Virus record (IMG/VR): IMGVR_UViG_3300017917_001172
Coordinates: 1 to 64,000 of that record
Source: a virus
DNA: 64,000 nucleotides
Direction: 5' to 3' (one strand)
A program made the translations under genes and the position numbers. Below the pieces are notes generated by a model. That model was not told the origin of the DNA and did not search any database. It was given only the letters and a program-made list of their open reading frames with translations. Position 1 is the first letter of the stretch. Each line of letters begins with the position of its first letter. Below, piece after piece: positions 15,117-25,446 of this stretch.

Positions 15117-17423
15117 TTAGATCACGCAGCTATCGCAGCTCTCATCTTCAACAGCAGCAACCGGCGTGTCGACCTGCACAGGCTTGACCATCTTGTCAAC
15201 GTCGATCTCACCAGCACCGTCATAGGTGTTAAAGTAATAGAGCTGCTTGAGACCGTACTTGTATGACATGACCAAGTGGCGCAGCATGTCACTCATCGGA
15301 ATCTTGTCATCCTCGTAGAAGGTTGGGTTGTATGAGGTATTGACAGAGATGCCTTGGTCGATCCACTTCTGCAAGACTGCGCATAGCTTGAGATAACCTT
15401 CTGGACTACGCTGATCCCAAAGCAGTTCGTACTTGTTCTTGAGCTTGCGATACTCTGGAACGACCTGCTTGAGAACGCCATCCTTGCTTTGCTTGACCGA
15501 GACATAAGCACGTGGTGGTTCGATGCCGTTAGTAGCGTTTGCGATCTGCGCTGATGTTTCAGCTGGCATCAATGCCATGACCGTTGCATTGCGAACGCCG
15601 GTCTCCTTGAGCTGCTTACGCAGATCAGCCCATGGCATGCGCTCGACATGTTTCACTAGCTCATCAACGTCCATCTTGCGTGTATCGCAAGGAACAACGC
15701 CCTTGGCAGTCTTGAGATCATCATTGAGCCTGCAAGCGCCCTTCTCCTTGGCAAGATCTGCGCTGGCCTTGATCAAGTAGTAACTCCAAGCTTCTGCGTA
15801 TTCATCTACTAGACCTAGAGCCTTAGGATCGCTGTAGCTGACCTCGTTCTTGGCAAGGAAATATGCGAAGTTGATGATGCCAACACCTAGAGGACGGAAG
15901 TCCTGCGTAGACTCATAAGCTGCCTTGACTGGATAGTTCTGATAGCTCAGCAATGCGTCAAGACCGCGAATGGCCAATGTGCAAGGCTTTTCGAAGTCCT
16001 TGGGATCCTTGATGTTGCCCCAGTTGATGGCTGACAAGGTGCAGAGCGCGATACGACCATCTGGATCATTGAAGTCGTTCAGCGGCACGGTAGGAAGATC
16101 GATCTCAGCGCAGAGGTTGCTCTGCTTGATCGGCCACTTGCTTTCATCAAACGGTGAGTGCGTGTTGGCATGGTCGACGTTCTGCAGATAGATGCGACCT
16201 GTGTCCTTGCGCTCTTGCATGAACGCACTAAAGAGATCGATGGCCTTGACCTTCTTCTTCCTGATGCGAGTGTTGCGTTCTGCTGTCTCATACAGTTCTC
16301 TGAACTTGTCTTGATCAGCAAAGAACGCATCATAAAGACCGGGTACGTCATTAGGCGAGAACAGAGTGATATCACCTCCCGTCATGAGTCGCTCGTACAT
16401 GAGCTTGTTGAACTGCACGCCATAGTCCATATGACGTACCCGGGTATCGTCGGTGCCCTTGTTGTTCTTGAGCACCAATAGGTCCTCTACTTCGAGGTGC
16501 CAGACAGGATAATAGAGAGTAGCTGCTCCTCCGCGTACCCCACCCTGGCTGCATGACTTGACTGCGGCTTGAAAAAGCTTATAAAAAGGTATGACACCAG
16601 TATGTGCGGTGTCGCCATTACGAATAGGACTATTAATAGCGCGGATGCGTCCCGCACCAATTCCAATGCCCGCCTTCTGGCTGACATACTTGACGATTGA
16701 ACTTGCTGTTGCATTTATCGAATCCAATGAATCATCTGTTTCTATGAGAACGCAGGAGCTGAATTGCCTCTGCGGTGTGCGCACACCTGCCATGACAGGT
16801 GTTGGCAAGCTGATGTCATGCTTGCTGATTGCTTCGTAGTAATCCTTGACCCAGTTGAGCCTAGTCTCCTTGGGATAGTCATGGAACAGCGTAGCAGCGA
16901 TCAACACGTATGCCATCTGTGGTGTTTCGTAGATCTGCTTGGTCACACGGTTCTGTGCGAGGTACTTGCCACGCAACTGTTCCATGGCCACGTAGGTTAG
17001 TTCCATGTCGCGCTCATGCTTGATGAACGAGTTGATCTTGTCCCATTCCTCGTCGCTGTAATAGCCGATCAGAGCAGGATCGTACAAGCCAAGGTCGATG
17101 TTGCGCTTGACTAAGTCCTTGACATGCCAAGGATGATAGTCACCATAGACTTCCTTGCGCAGATGGTAGTTGATCAACCTGCCAGCAACATGTTGGTAAT
17201 TGGGATATTCCTCGGAGATGAGATCAGCAGCAGCCTTGATCAACGTTTCCTGCACGTCTGATGTCTTGATTCCGTTGTAGAACTGTATGTGGCTCTTGAG
17301 CTCAACTTCGCTGGCGCTGACGCCACTGATTCCCTCAGTAGCCCAGAACATCACTTTATGCATTTTCTCCAAGTCTAGATCTTCTCGCCTGCCGTCTCTC
17401 TTCGTAACTTGGATTCTGCTCAT
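15117..17423 (-). CDS. nrdA: ribonucleotide reductase class Ia alpha subunit with ATP cone
   Basis: VTKRDG ATP cone, PTP..AG.RT, SSCVL, SNLCAEI, MPAETS, C-terminal CDSCVI. Confidence 0.97.
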   Translation of the reverse strand: MSRIQVTKRDGRREDLDLEKMHKVMFWATEGISGVSASEVELKSHIQFYNGIKTSDVQETLIKAAADLISEEYPNYQHVAGRLINYHLRKEVYGDYHPWHVKDLVKRNIDLGLYDPALIGYYSDEEWDKINSFIKHERDMELTYVAMEQLRGKYLAQNRVTKQIYETPQMAYVLIAATLFHDYPKETRLNWVKDYYEAISKHDISLPTPVMAGVRTPQRQFSSCVLIETDDSLDSINATASSIVKYVSQKAGIGIGAGRIRAINSPIRNGDTAHTGVIPFYKLFQAAVKSCSQGGVRGGAATLYYPVWHLEVEDLLVLKNNKGTDDTRVRHMDYGVQFNKLMYERLMTGGDITLFSPNDVPGLYDAFFADQDKFRELYETAERNTRIRKKKVKAIDLFSAFMQERKDTGRIYLQNVDHANTHSPFDESKWPIKQSNLCAEIDLPTVPLNDFNDPDGRIALCTLSAINWGNIKDPKDFEKPCTLAIRGLDALLSYQNYPVKAAYESTQDFRPLGVGIINFAYFLAKNEVSYSDPKALGLVDEYAEAWSYYLIKASADLAKEKGACRLNDDLKTAKGVVPCDTRKMDVDELVKHVERMPWADLRKQLKETGVRNATVMALMPAETSAQIANATNGIEPPRAYVSVKQSKDGVLKQVVPEYRKLKNKYELLWDQRSPEGYLKLCAVLQKWIDQGISVNTSYNPTFYEDDKIPMSDMLRHLVMSYKYGLKQLYYFNTYDGAGEIDVDKMVKPVQVDTPVAAVEDESCDSCVI

Positions 17424-17459
17424 GATGTGTCCTCTTTTTTCTCTTTGTTAAACGTAATA

Positions 17460-17906
17460 TTAACCTAGCTTGCTTGCTAGATCAACTTTATTATAGTGGT
17501 GGATAATCTCTGTGCCCAGGGGCAACGTGGGTGTATTTACGATCTTGCCTTCCCACCAATTAAGGATAGATAATCCATGATCCATCCGACATAAATGTAT
17601 CCAACCTGACGAGTCACGCAAGGTCATCAGATCAAATTCATGGTGAGCAGAATGCTTGCTTAGTTGCAGGCTATAGAACATGCCCAGCGCAACTGCTAGG
17701 TCACAGTAGATGTTGTCATTGACGAGTTCCCAAGGATTGGGCCACGTGTCATGTAGATCAGGAGCCAGATAATGGTTTACCCGTGGCACCATCATCCAAG
17801 TCTTTGCTACCAGATCTAGAGCCGGTGCTATTTCTAGATTATCTAGTTCCTGTCGCCAACTACGCCATTGCAATATGCGATCAGGACAACTGATCGAATA
17901 CCACAT
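17460..17906 (-). CDS. conserved hypothetical protein
   Basis: ORF coupled to upstream gene; Trp-rich WPNPWEL. Confidence 0.65.
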   Translation of the reverse strand: MWYSISCPDRILQWRSWRQELDNLEIAPALDLVAKTWMMVPRVNHYLAPDLHDTWPNPWELVNDNIYCDLAVALGMFYSLQLSKHSAHHEFDLMTLRDSSGWIHLCRMDHGLSILNWWEGKIVNTPTLPLGTEIIHHYNKVDLASKLG

Positions 17907-19486
17907 TAGGGATTGATTTTTTCAACGCCGTAAGTAAATGTCACATCATCACCGGTGTTAGTAGTAGAATACTTCAATGAGGTTGTACCGCCAGTTACTT
18001 CAACATCAAATGTAAGACCTATGTCCCCGCCATCGAATTGGTAGCTGTCAGATATTGTTGCACCAGCTGAGCTTGCTGTTATCAACAGCTCACCGTGGCG
18101 AGTGTTAGATCCTCTAGTTGCTGTGTAATAAATCCTAGCAGATTTTTCTGTAGAAGCATCAAAAGTCACACCGGTGTTGCCGCTAGGAGTGTTATCAAAC
18201 AAGGTAAGTCGGAGAGTCGGTTTCAGTTGCCTTTTGCCTAGATAAAGTCCACCAATGCCTGTCATAGCAGTGCTAGACTTGTTGCTCAGATTGATCCTTG
18301 GCACAGTAACGTCATCTGCATCAGACCTAATGAACGTGTCACATATGGATGCACATCCTTCGCCTTCAATGAGGATATTGTTATCGTATGGAGTGACAGT
18401 CAACCTATTACCAACGTTATCAAAATAGTTGAAGCTAGAATAGAAATAGCTGATATCATCGTAGCAGTGTATGCCGTTGCTATAGATGCGATCAAAGTAG
18501 CTACCGCTGACATGATAAGCAGTTGGGCCATCGACAGAAGCACCAAATCCTGTGGTGCTCTCGCCTAGCTTGAATCCTTTATACAGATCAAGGTACTTGC
18601 ATGATGTAAAATTGACGCTGTGCGAATCGTCGTCACACAACACGCCAAAGGTGTTGTTAGTGAATTCGCACTGGGCGAAGGTGATATTATTAGTGTGATT
18701 AGCAGCAGTGCTGAATATGGCTAAGCATGCCAATCCGCTTCCCACAGAGGTTGGGCTTGTTATGCTGCCTTTGAATCCCACGCGATGGAAACGAGTGTTG
18801 GTCGTGCTGTTTATTATGAACACGTGGTTGGAAGTGACCTGCTCAAACGTGAGATCAGCGATATCAATGTAGTGTGGCAATGCTCCGCCGTTGTTGCCTA
18901 TGTTAGCACCAACCTGCTGCAAGCTGTCAGCAGTACGTGCGACGCAGATTGGATCTGAATCGATCTGCTTGATTATGCTAGAGTTTAAGCCTTCACCTCT
19001 GAGATAAGCATAGGTTGGTATCTTGATCTCATCGCTAACTACATAGACGCCAGCTGGAAAGAACAAGCTTCGCCTTATCTCAGCATTGACATCTCTGCAA
19101 TAGATCTCGTATAGAGCTCTGTTGATAGCTGCGGTATCATCAGTGACGCCGTCACCCTTGGCACCGAAATCCTTGACTGATGCCATCTCATCCATCTTGT
19201 CCTGGATGCTTCGCGCTACAGGGCTGTTAGCATCTGGACCTGTTTGGACAGTGTATCCGCCTGCTTCTCCCTTATAAGTGTAGCTCTGTGAGAGAGAAAG
19301 TATGTCTGAATATTCAGTCAATATTTCAGTGTTACCTACCTCAGGTGCTCCTTCCGAAGTAGGACCATTACCTATGTAGAGCTTGCGCTGATCTATGACC
19401 CAACCTAGCTCAGCAGCTGATAGCTGAGGTATGTTTTCTGACAGTCCGTAACGGTGCTGTATCCTAGATATTGATACGATTGGCAT
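17906..19486 (-). CDS. virion fibre/spike protein with pectate-lyase-like beta-helix
   Basis: N-terminal PQL..AELGW..D.RKLYIGNG anchor; SVKDFGAKGDGVTDDTAAI..A, LFFPAG.Y. Confidence 0.85.
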   Translation of the reverse strand: MPIVSISRIQHRYGLSENIPQLSAAELGWVIDQRKLYIGNGPTSEGAPEVGNTEILTEYSDILSLSQSYTYKGEAGGYTVQTGPDANSPVARSIQDKMDEMASVKDFGAKGDGVTDDTAAINRALYEIYCRDVNAEIRRSLFFPAGVYVVSDEIKIPTYAYLRGEGLNSSIIKQIDSDPICVARTADSLQQVGANIGNNGGALPHYIDIADLTFEQVTSNHVFIINSTTNTRFHRVGFKGSITSPTSVGSGLACLAIFSTAANHTNNITFAQCEFTNNTFGVLCDDDSHSVNFTSCKYLDLYKGFKLGESTTGFGASVDGPTAYHVSGSYFDRIYSNGIHCYDDISYFYSSFNYFDNVGNRLTVTPYDNNILIEGEGCASICDTFIRSDADDVTVPRINLSNKSSTAMTGIGGLYLGKRQLKPTLRLTLFDNTPSGNTGVTFDASTEKSARIYYTATRGSNTRHGELLITASSAGATISDSYQFDGGDIGLTFDVEVTGGTTSLKYSTTNTGDDVTFTYGVEKINP

Positions 19487-19511
19487 TGCGATATCCTATT
19501 GCTAGGAATAT

Positions 19512-20195
19512 TTATCGCTCGCGCCAATACTGCTCTACGCGATCCCACCAGCCATCCTTAAACTGCTGGAAACGGGGGCCTTCTATGACGAAAAGCTGCC
19601 CCTGCAAATCACCCGAGCACATCATGATCACGCCCTGATCTATGTCAGTCCCGTAGAGCTTGTCGTGCGCTTGGGCGTAAGCTGCGAGCTGTAGGAAGTA
19701 GTCATCGATCCACTCTTCCTTCTTGGGCTTGTTGGTCTGCTTGAAATCCATGATAGCAGGGCGGCCACGCCACATGCCCACGCAATCAGTGGTTCCTGCA
19801 TATAGCTCAGGATAGTACAGGTTGGTTTCTACGCCCCATACTTCTTGCACGTTAGGTTTAAGCATTTCTTCGATGATGACGCTAGCCATCTTGTGTGCCT
19901 GTTGCTGCACTAGATTTGAGCCTGGGGTGATGTCCATGCCTACGATGTAGCGTTCTAGGAAGCTGTGCATGGCAGTTCCTCGCCCGGCAGCAGCCTTGGT
20001 GATTTCTATGGCTTTCTCTTCGCCTACGCGCTTGCGCCATTCAGCTAGAGCCTGGCGCTTTTCCTCGGGCTTGGTCTTGTCTAGGATGGTAGTGACCGAT
20101 GGAACCTTGCTGCCGTCTGGGCATAGGTATAGCCTGCCAGTAGCGCCTTCAGTCCTAGAAATGGATTTGTAATCGTAAAGCTCTTTGAACAACAT
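19512..20195 (-). CDS. PD-(D/E)XK exonuclease
   Basis: PSVTTIL, RGT.MH, E..LY, YAGTTD, DFKQ, QLAAYA. Confidence 0.88.
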   Translation of the reverse strand: MLFKELYDYKSISRTEGATGRLYLCPDGSKVPSVTTILDKTKPEEKRQALAEWRKRVGEEKAIEITKAAAGRGTAMHSFLERYIVGMDITPGSNLVQQQAHKMASVIIEEMLKPNVQEVWGVETNLYYPELYAGTTDCVGMWRGRPAIMDFKQTNKPKKEEWIDDYFLQLAAYAQAHDKLYGTDIDQGVIMMCSGDLQGQLFVIEGPRFQQFKDGWWDRVEQYWRER

Positions 20196-20227
20196 CTGGC
20201 TATGTTAACATGCTAGATGTGTGATTG

Positions 20228-20575
20228 TCAACCAACTGCTTTGTTTGCTGCCCTAGCTGCCATCTTGGTAACGTCCTGCTGCGTACCTGGCACCTGTATT
20301 GGATCTTCTGGCTCAGACGACTTTGCTATGATAGCCTTGGCAGGGGATAGATTGCGCAATAGCTTCTTAGCAGCGTCGCTCTTGTTCAGTATGTCTTGGA
20401 GCTCGTCATATGTTGCTGGCATGCCTGCGTTCTTCATGACGTTGAGTATCTGAGCAGTCGGGACTTCCATCTTGGGTTCATCGCTCTTGCTTAGCATGTA
20501 ATTAAGCAAGGCGACCAGGGTATCACCCTGGTCTGTGTCCTTGTGGAATGGTGATTCTATCTCACTCAGTCTCAT
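20228..20575 (-). CDS. hypothetical (probable head-associated) protein
   Basis: internal ATG MRLSEIE directly after upstream stop. Confidence 0.6.
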   Translation of the reverse strand: MRLSEIESPFHKDTDQGDTLVALLNYMLSKSDEPKMEVPTAQILNVMKNAGMPATYDELQDILNKSDAAKKLLRNLSPAKAIIAKSSEPEDPIQVPGTQQDVTKMAARAANKAVG

Positions 20576-20576
20576 A

Positions 20577-21569
20577 TTAGGCGCGCTTCTCGCGTCCCAT
20601 TGGTAGCTCACCGCCTGTTGCTGCATCGCTAGCTGCGAATTCGTCACCAGCGAGATCATCCTCAGCGCCTGGTTCTGCACCTAGATCTGCGTCCATGTCT
20701 GCGCCAGCGTCTGGCATTGCTATTGGCGCTGCTTCTCCGCTGAGACCGCGCACTGCGCTATCCATGCTGGTCCTTGCCTGCTGTACTGATCCAAGCAATG
20801 TGTTCAATGTTGACATTGCTGCGCTGCTGAAGGCATCAGCCTTCTCACCGCCCATGTTGCCACGGATGTTGTCAGTCAGTGGAGGAAGCTGCTCGTTCAG
20901 CATCCTTGAAACATCTTCAAGCATGCCCTGGATGCTGTCAACCATGTCCTTAGCGGCCATCATGCTCTCAGCTTGATTAACTTCGTCCTCAGAAAGCATA
21001 GACTCCTTGACAGACTTCTTCTTGAGCTGAAGCACGCCCTTCTTGTCGCGAGCAACGGTTTCCTTGCCCTTGGTCTTCTTCTCGACTTCCTTCTTGAACC
21101 AAGCAGTCATGTCCTTGCTGCCCTTTGGTCCAGCTTCTTCGACGGCCTCTTCGTCAACATGCTTTGGCAAGCCCTTGTGCTTGGTTCCAGCATACTTCTC
21201 GAGCTCCTTGGTGCTCATCTTCATCATTTCTTTTGAAGCACCCTTTAGGCCCTTCTTTGGAGCATCACCGCGCTTGGCTGCAAGAGCTGCGCCAGCTGCC
21301 TGCTGCTGTGCCTTGGAAACTGCTGCTTCTGCGATGAAACTCTCTAGCACCTTGCGGGCTAGCAGCATGCCAGTGTAGGCCTTGTCATTCTGGCTCTCAT
21401 GCAACCTATTGCTGCGGCGCACTGAATTAAGCTTGTTATCAATGCTGGCCATCATTTCCTTAGCTTCGCTCACAGTAAGCCTATCGAGCTGAACGCTCCA
21501 TCCTAGCTTGGCCTGCATCTTGGCGTTTAATTCGCTTGCACTCTTGAGATCTATGTCTGTTAGTTTCAT
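20577..21569 (-). CDS. probable head scaffold/internal protein with embedded DUF3008-like domain
   Basis: SKAQQQAAGAALAAKRG...LKGASKEM...ELE..A.TK.KGLP.H; acidic tail; late promoter upstream. Confidence 0.65.
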   Translation of the reverse strand: MKLTDIDLKSASELNAKMQAKLGWSVQLDRLTVSEAKEMMASIDNKLNSVRRSNRLHESQNDKAYTGMLLARKVLESFIAEAAVSKAQQQAAGAALAAKRGDAPKKGLKGASKEMMKMSTKELEKYAGTKHKGLPKHVDEEAVEEAGPKGSKDMTAWFKKEVEKKTKGKETVARDKKGVLQLKKKSVKESMLSEDEVNQAESMMAAKDMVDSIQGMLEDVSRMLNEQLPPLTDNIRGNMGGEKADAFSSAAMSTLNTLLGSVQQARTSMDSAVRGLSGEAAPIAMPDAGADMDADLGAEPGAEDDLAGDEFAASDAATGGELPMGREKRA

Positions 21570-21599
21570 CTGAGTAATCCTGTTTTATGGAAATATTTA

Positions 21600-22034
21600 T
21601 CAAAATCGCTGATATAGGACCACTTGCTGGGTGCTATCCAATATGTCTATTATCTCGGTATCTGTGCGGCTAAGCCTGTCGGATATTATCTTAGCTCGCA
21701 GATCATCGTTCTTGCGTTCAGCTGCCAGCATGTGATGATCATATATGTGCTTGTCGATCAACAATCTGCTGAGCTTGTGTTCAGAATTAGCTAGGTAATT
21801 CTCTAAACCGTTATCCATGGCTAAGCTAGTAGCGTAGGCTATGGCCCACGATCTATAGCTAAAGGTCTCTAGCACTTTACCATACCTGCAGACAGCATAA
21901 TAGCTGCCTTTCTTGATAACGTTGATGTCTTTGATCTGGAATTTGTGTTTAGTGGCATTGATGACGGGTTCGTTAGGAATCTGCTGGTAGATGAAATCCA
22001 TTATCTTACCAAGCGATGTCTCGTCTAATCTCAT
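21600..22034 (-). CDS. hypothetical protein
   Basis: ORF; start uncertain. Confidence 0.6.
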   Translation of the reverse strand: MRLDETSLGKIMDFIYQQIPNEPVINATKHKFQIKDINVIKKGSYYAVCRYGKVLETFSYRSWAIAYATSLAMDNGLENYLANSEHKLSRLLIDKHIYDHHMLAAERKNDDLRAKIISDRLSRTDTEIIDILDSTQQVVLYQRF

Positions 22035-22218
22035 AGCTAGCTTGCCCACTTTTCCTCTTGCGCCTCACTACGTCCTTGCGTATCAATGACTGCAATCGTT
22101 TGTAACTCTCGTCATCTAATTTATCAGAGTTGAAATCTTCCTTTACAAGGTCTTGCAATAAAGCAAATTCCTTGTCATCAATCCAAACCGTAACGCCCTG
22201 AGCTATCGTTAGTCTCAT
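22006..22218 (-). CDS. hypothetical protein
   Basis: ATGA overlap with upstream gene. Confidence 0.6.
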   Translation of the reverse strand: MRLTIAQGVTVWIDDKEFALLQDLVKEDFNSDKLDDESYKRLQSLIRKDVVRRKRKSGQASYEIRRDIAW

Positions 22219-22511
22219 CTGTTCGTGATTATATACCACAGCAAGCCGCCGCTGAGACCTAACAAGGCTGTGATAGCTGAAGCTGCTATAGTCACTAGGG
22301 TGCGAAGCGCAGATGTTTCTTTATTAGTCAGAGTGTTCTTGATTTCTTCGATGCCATTATCGACCTTATCAAGACGTCTGGTCATGTCACTTTCTAGCTT
22401 GTCTATACGATCTGACATGCTCTGTATATCTTCCTGCAAACCTTTATACCTCTCGGCGCAAAGATCAACGTGCGCTTCTAGGCTCTGTTTCTCTATAGAG
22501 AGACTGCTCAT
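22215..22511 (-). CDS. coiled-coil protein with C-terminal transmembrane helix (holin/XhlA-like architecture)
   Basis: LEAHVDLCAERY coiled coil followed by a hydrophobic C-terminus. Confidence 0.55.
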   Translation of the reverse strand: MSSLSIEKQSLEAHVDLCAERYKGLQEDIQSMSDRIDKLESDMTRRLDKVDNGIEEIKNTLTNKETSALRTLVTIAASAITALLGLSGGLLWYIITNR

Positions 22512-22568
22512 GACATCCTTCCTTGTTGATTCTTTTTTGCCAAAGATGCCTGAGTGAGCCTAACTGTA

Positions 22569-22976
22569 TTATTTAACAGTATCTGGACAATATATTGTGA
22601 CGTTTTTAAGAGGACCAGTAATCATGAACTGTTGCGGGAAGCTAGGAACTGTCTCTGTCAGCCCGGTCATGATGGGAATGCCCTTGATGTCTTCTAGGAA
22701 CAGTTCTCCATTTGATCCTAACACATCTGTCCTGTCCACTTCAAAGGACAAGACCCAGAGCTTGCAGGGCTCAAAGTTGACGGGCCATGGTACTAGGCCT
22801 GCAGGATACGTGTCTACGCTTATCACATGCGGCTGGCAACGCAGGCCTATGACCTGCAACAAGGTATCATAGTTTCGCTGTTGGTTGCGCTTGAGATACC
22901 AATCCTCATCATTGGTCTTGTTTCTCACGCCAGTAGGGGTTATGTCTACGGTAGTGATTATGGTATAAACCTGCAT
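22569..22976 (-). CDS. conserved hypothetical protein
   Basis: TTVDIT.TG..RNQQRN.DTL.Q.IGLR motif. Confidence 0.6.
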   Translation of the reverse strand: MQVYTIITTVDITPTGVRNKTNDEDWYLKRNQQRNYDTLLQVIGLRCQPHVISVDTYPAGLVPWPVNFEPCKLWVLSFEVDRTDVLGSNGELFLEDIKGIPIMTGLTETVPSFPQQFMITGPLKNVTIYCPDTVK

Positions 22977-23413
22977 CAGTTGTACTCCCAAGCACCAGAA
23001 TATGGCGGACAATCAGCGTTATGTAGAGGATCGCAATCTCTGAACCAAACACCTAGCTTAACACAGTCATCGCTGTGATCAAACATTATAGCATCGATGG
23101 TATCATACCCTAGATGAACAGCAGCCTCCCAACGATTGCTGCCCATCTTGACTGCCCAGATCATATCATCATCGTTGATCACAGGAGGCAGCAATGTGCA
23201 ACCACCATAAGGCCAAGGTGCAAATTTCTCCGTCCACCATTGCAGTGTTACCTTATAAAGCAAAATGGGATACCATAGTCCTTGCTGTTCTATGCGCGGA
23301 ACGTCCCTGGTGAGATATCGACGGTCTTCGTGTAAGCACATAGGGTTGAGCTTGGCTAGCTCATATGCTTGTATGCGAGGATCGCGCCATTTTGATGATA
23401 GGTGTCTTGTCAT
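22976..23413 (-). CDS. ParB/Srx-like domain protein
   Basis: I...GL.YPI...G.NR..AA..LG...I.A pattern. Confidence 0.45.
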   Translation of the reverse strand: MTRHLSSKWRDPRIQAYELAKLNPMCLHEDRRYLTRDVPRIEQQGLWYPILLYKVTLQWWTEKFAPWPYGGCTLLPPVINDDDMIWAVKMGSNRWEAAVHLGYDTIDAIMFDHSDDCVKLGVWFRDCDPLHNADCPPYSGAWEYN

Positions 23414-23415
23414 GA

Positions 23416-23450
23416 TTAGAGGGTCACTACGTTATATAGCAACCCTCTAA
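23416..23450 (-). terminator. stem-loop after structural gene
   Basis: TTAGAGGGTTGCTA-TATAACG-TAGTGACCCTCTAA; weak U-tract. Confidence 0.5.
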
Positions 23451-23475
23451 AACTCTAGCTAAGCTAGCCCTTCAA

Positions 23476-23898
23476 TTATGAAGTAGCAAGCTTGAAGCCA
23501 ACGTCGGTAACAGTCGTACCAGAAACGTCCTTGCTGTTGGTGCCAACGGCAGTGCCGAGAGCGCGGATAGCAGCCTGTAGTGTGGTGTAGGTCCAGCTGG
23601 TGCGCTCGACCATCACAGAGATCTGCCATGGGGTGCTAGTCTCGACCTGGTAGTAAGAGATCGTGCCAGCACCGTGATTTGGAGAGGTGCCACCACCGAG
23701 GATCGTGCGGAGCACAACGTCGATGGTCTCATCAGCCTGACCTTCTGCGTCGATGTTTAGGGTTTCGCCTGATCCGTTCTTGAGTAGGATAGCGAAGCAC
23801 TTTGGCTGTGGGCCAGCGATGCTGACGAGTGAGCCAAGATCGGTGTTCTGCTCAACGCCTGAGAAGATGTCACCGGTTGAACGTGCGATAGAAGCCAT
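23476..23898 (-). CDS. probable virion structural protein
   Basis: late promoter TAAATA, AAAGGAAA RBS, Thr/Gly-rich. Confidence 0.6.
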   Translation of the reverse strand: MASIARSTGDIFSGVEQNTDLGSLVSIAGPQPKCFAILLKNGSGETLNIDAEGQADETIDVVLRTILGGGTSPNHGAGTISYYQVETSTPWQISVMVERTSWTYTTLQAAIRALGTAVGTNSKDVSGTTVTDVGFKLATS

Positions 23899-23944
23899 TT
23901 TTAGTTTCCTTTATGTTTCTGCATCCATTTGGATGCTGATGTAT

Positions 23945-24622
23945 TTATGCTCTGGCAAATTTTTTACCCAGATAGTAGCCACCAATTGCAGCGCCAGCTA
24001 CTTTTGCAGCAAAAGGTATGATGGATTTCTTAGGCTCTTCATCCTTGATCAGCAGGTCTTTCTTAGTAACAGCTTTGTTATATGGTGCATACATGTCAGA
24101 TGCAGCTAACTCACGTTTCATGGTCTGATGTATCTTAGTTGCTGCAAGCCTGCGATCGTTTGGTTCTGCATAGTCCCAATCTGCTACTAAACGCCTAGCT
24201 GCTTTTAACCCAGGGCTTTGTATGCCTAAATCCTTCTGCAATCTTAGCAAGAACTTCCTATCATACTCAGAATCTTCTCGTCCTGCTGCTGTATTACGCA
24301 GGTAGCCCATTAGCTGTAGATATGGCAAGTTTATGTGCCTATCAGTTATCATCCTGCCTGCATACCGATCTGGATTCTTGATCATATAAGCCATATTGTG
24401 CAGATCGCTACCACTAGAACGCCACCCGTCTATGCTGCCGCTCTGTAAGGTCTGCTGAGCATACCTCTGAGCAGCTCTAGGATCAGTCTTCTTTAGTGTC
24501 TGAATAGCTAACATTGCATTGAAAAAATTATCAGCTAGTTCAGAAGTGAATATCTCTGACATCTTGGTTGGATTCTTAAACAACCTAGCTTCACTTAGTT
24601 CTTGTAAGAAGTCGAAGCTCAT
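23945..24622 (-). CDS. conserved hypothetical (probable head) protein
   Basis: N-terminal FLQELSEAR. Confidence 0.6.
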   Translation of the reverse strand: MSFDFLQELSEARLFKNPTKMSEIFTSELADNFFNAMLAIQTLKKTDPRAAQRYAQQTLQSGSIDGWRSSGSDLHNMAYMIKNPDRYAGRMITDRHINLPYLQLMGYLRNTAAGREDSEYDRKFLLRLQKDLGIQSPGLKAARRLVADWDYAEPNDRRLAATKIHQTMKRELAASDMYAPYNKAVTKKDLLIKDEEPKKSIIPFAAKVAGAAIGGYYLGKKFARA

Positions 24623-25155
24623 CTCATTTTCCTAAACTTTTCGGTTGCAGCCTGCGCATCTTTGCCCCTTAATACCTCAGTGCCTGATCTCCAAGCATTG
24701 TTAACCCAAGTATATTCCTTGCCCACATATGATACCTTGGATTGACCAGGGATTAATCTTTTGGGCTTTATTGTAGTCTGTTTAGGTGCTGTGGTTGCAG
24801 GTGCTGTAGCAGATTGACCTGCAGGAGCAACAGGCTGAGCAGCACCGCTCTTAGCTATCCTCTGATAGAGGGTCATCATCACTGCTGTTCTCAGTATATC
24901 AGCCACTTGCTGATCATTAGTGAGATCTGCTGCCATTATCTTCTGTTCTAATGGTGCAACGTCGTCGTCCCCTAACTTAGCATAACGAGCTATGATGCCA
25001 CCTAGTGTTGATTGCTGCACAGCTCGATCTTCTATGTTAGCACCTTTCTTAGCTTGTATTTGTAGAGCTTGGTGCCATTTAGTAAGGAAAGGCTTTACAT
25101 AAGCATTTGCTTGTTTTTCTACGGAAGTCGCTTCTGAAATCTCGCCGAATCTCAT
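24619..25155 (-). CDS. hypothetical (probable internal head) protein
   Basis: N-terminal MRFGEISEA. Confidence 0.6.
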   Translation of the reverse strand: MRFGEISEATSVEKQANAYVKPFLTKWHQALQIQAKKGANIEDRAVQQSTLGGIIARYAKLGDDDVAPLEQKIMAADLTNDQQVADILRTAVMMTLYQRIAKSGAAQPVAPAGQSATAPATTAPKQTTIKPKRLIPGQSKVSYVGKEYTWVNNAWRSGTEVLRGKDAQAATEKFRKMR

Positions 25156-25394
25156 TGCCCAACCTTCCTGATACCGCGCATGAACTTGGCAGTATCCTGC
25201 CCGCGTATGCTGTTGATCAGCCTGCGCTCTAGCTCGCCAGCAGTCTCAGGATCGTATGTCTCACGTATGAGGTTCACTAGATTTATTGCTGATGAGATGA
25301 TGTGGTTAGCCCTAGATTCTATTATGGCTTCCTTGTCCTGCGGATTATACGCAAAACTAATCTCATCCAATATGCTGCGAGTCTGCTTTTTCAT
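25152..25394 (-). CDS. conserved hypothetical protein
   Basis: TATAAATA 7 nt upstream of ATG. Confidence 0.7.
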   Translation of the reverse strand: MKKQTRSILDEISFAYNPQDKEAIIESRANHIISSAINLVNLIRETYDPETAGELERRLINSIRGQDTAKFMRGIRKVGQ

Positions 25395-25446
25395 GGTCTA
25401 ATATTTATAGCTCTTTTGACGATTATGGAAGGTTGCAGACCTGTAA

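Noticed and set aside
12055-17423. Introns or inteins in nrdA/nrdB (also checked uvsX, helicase, terminase)
   Set aside because: All are uninterrupted ORFs of normal length with no intein motifs visible
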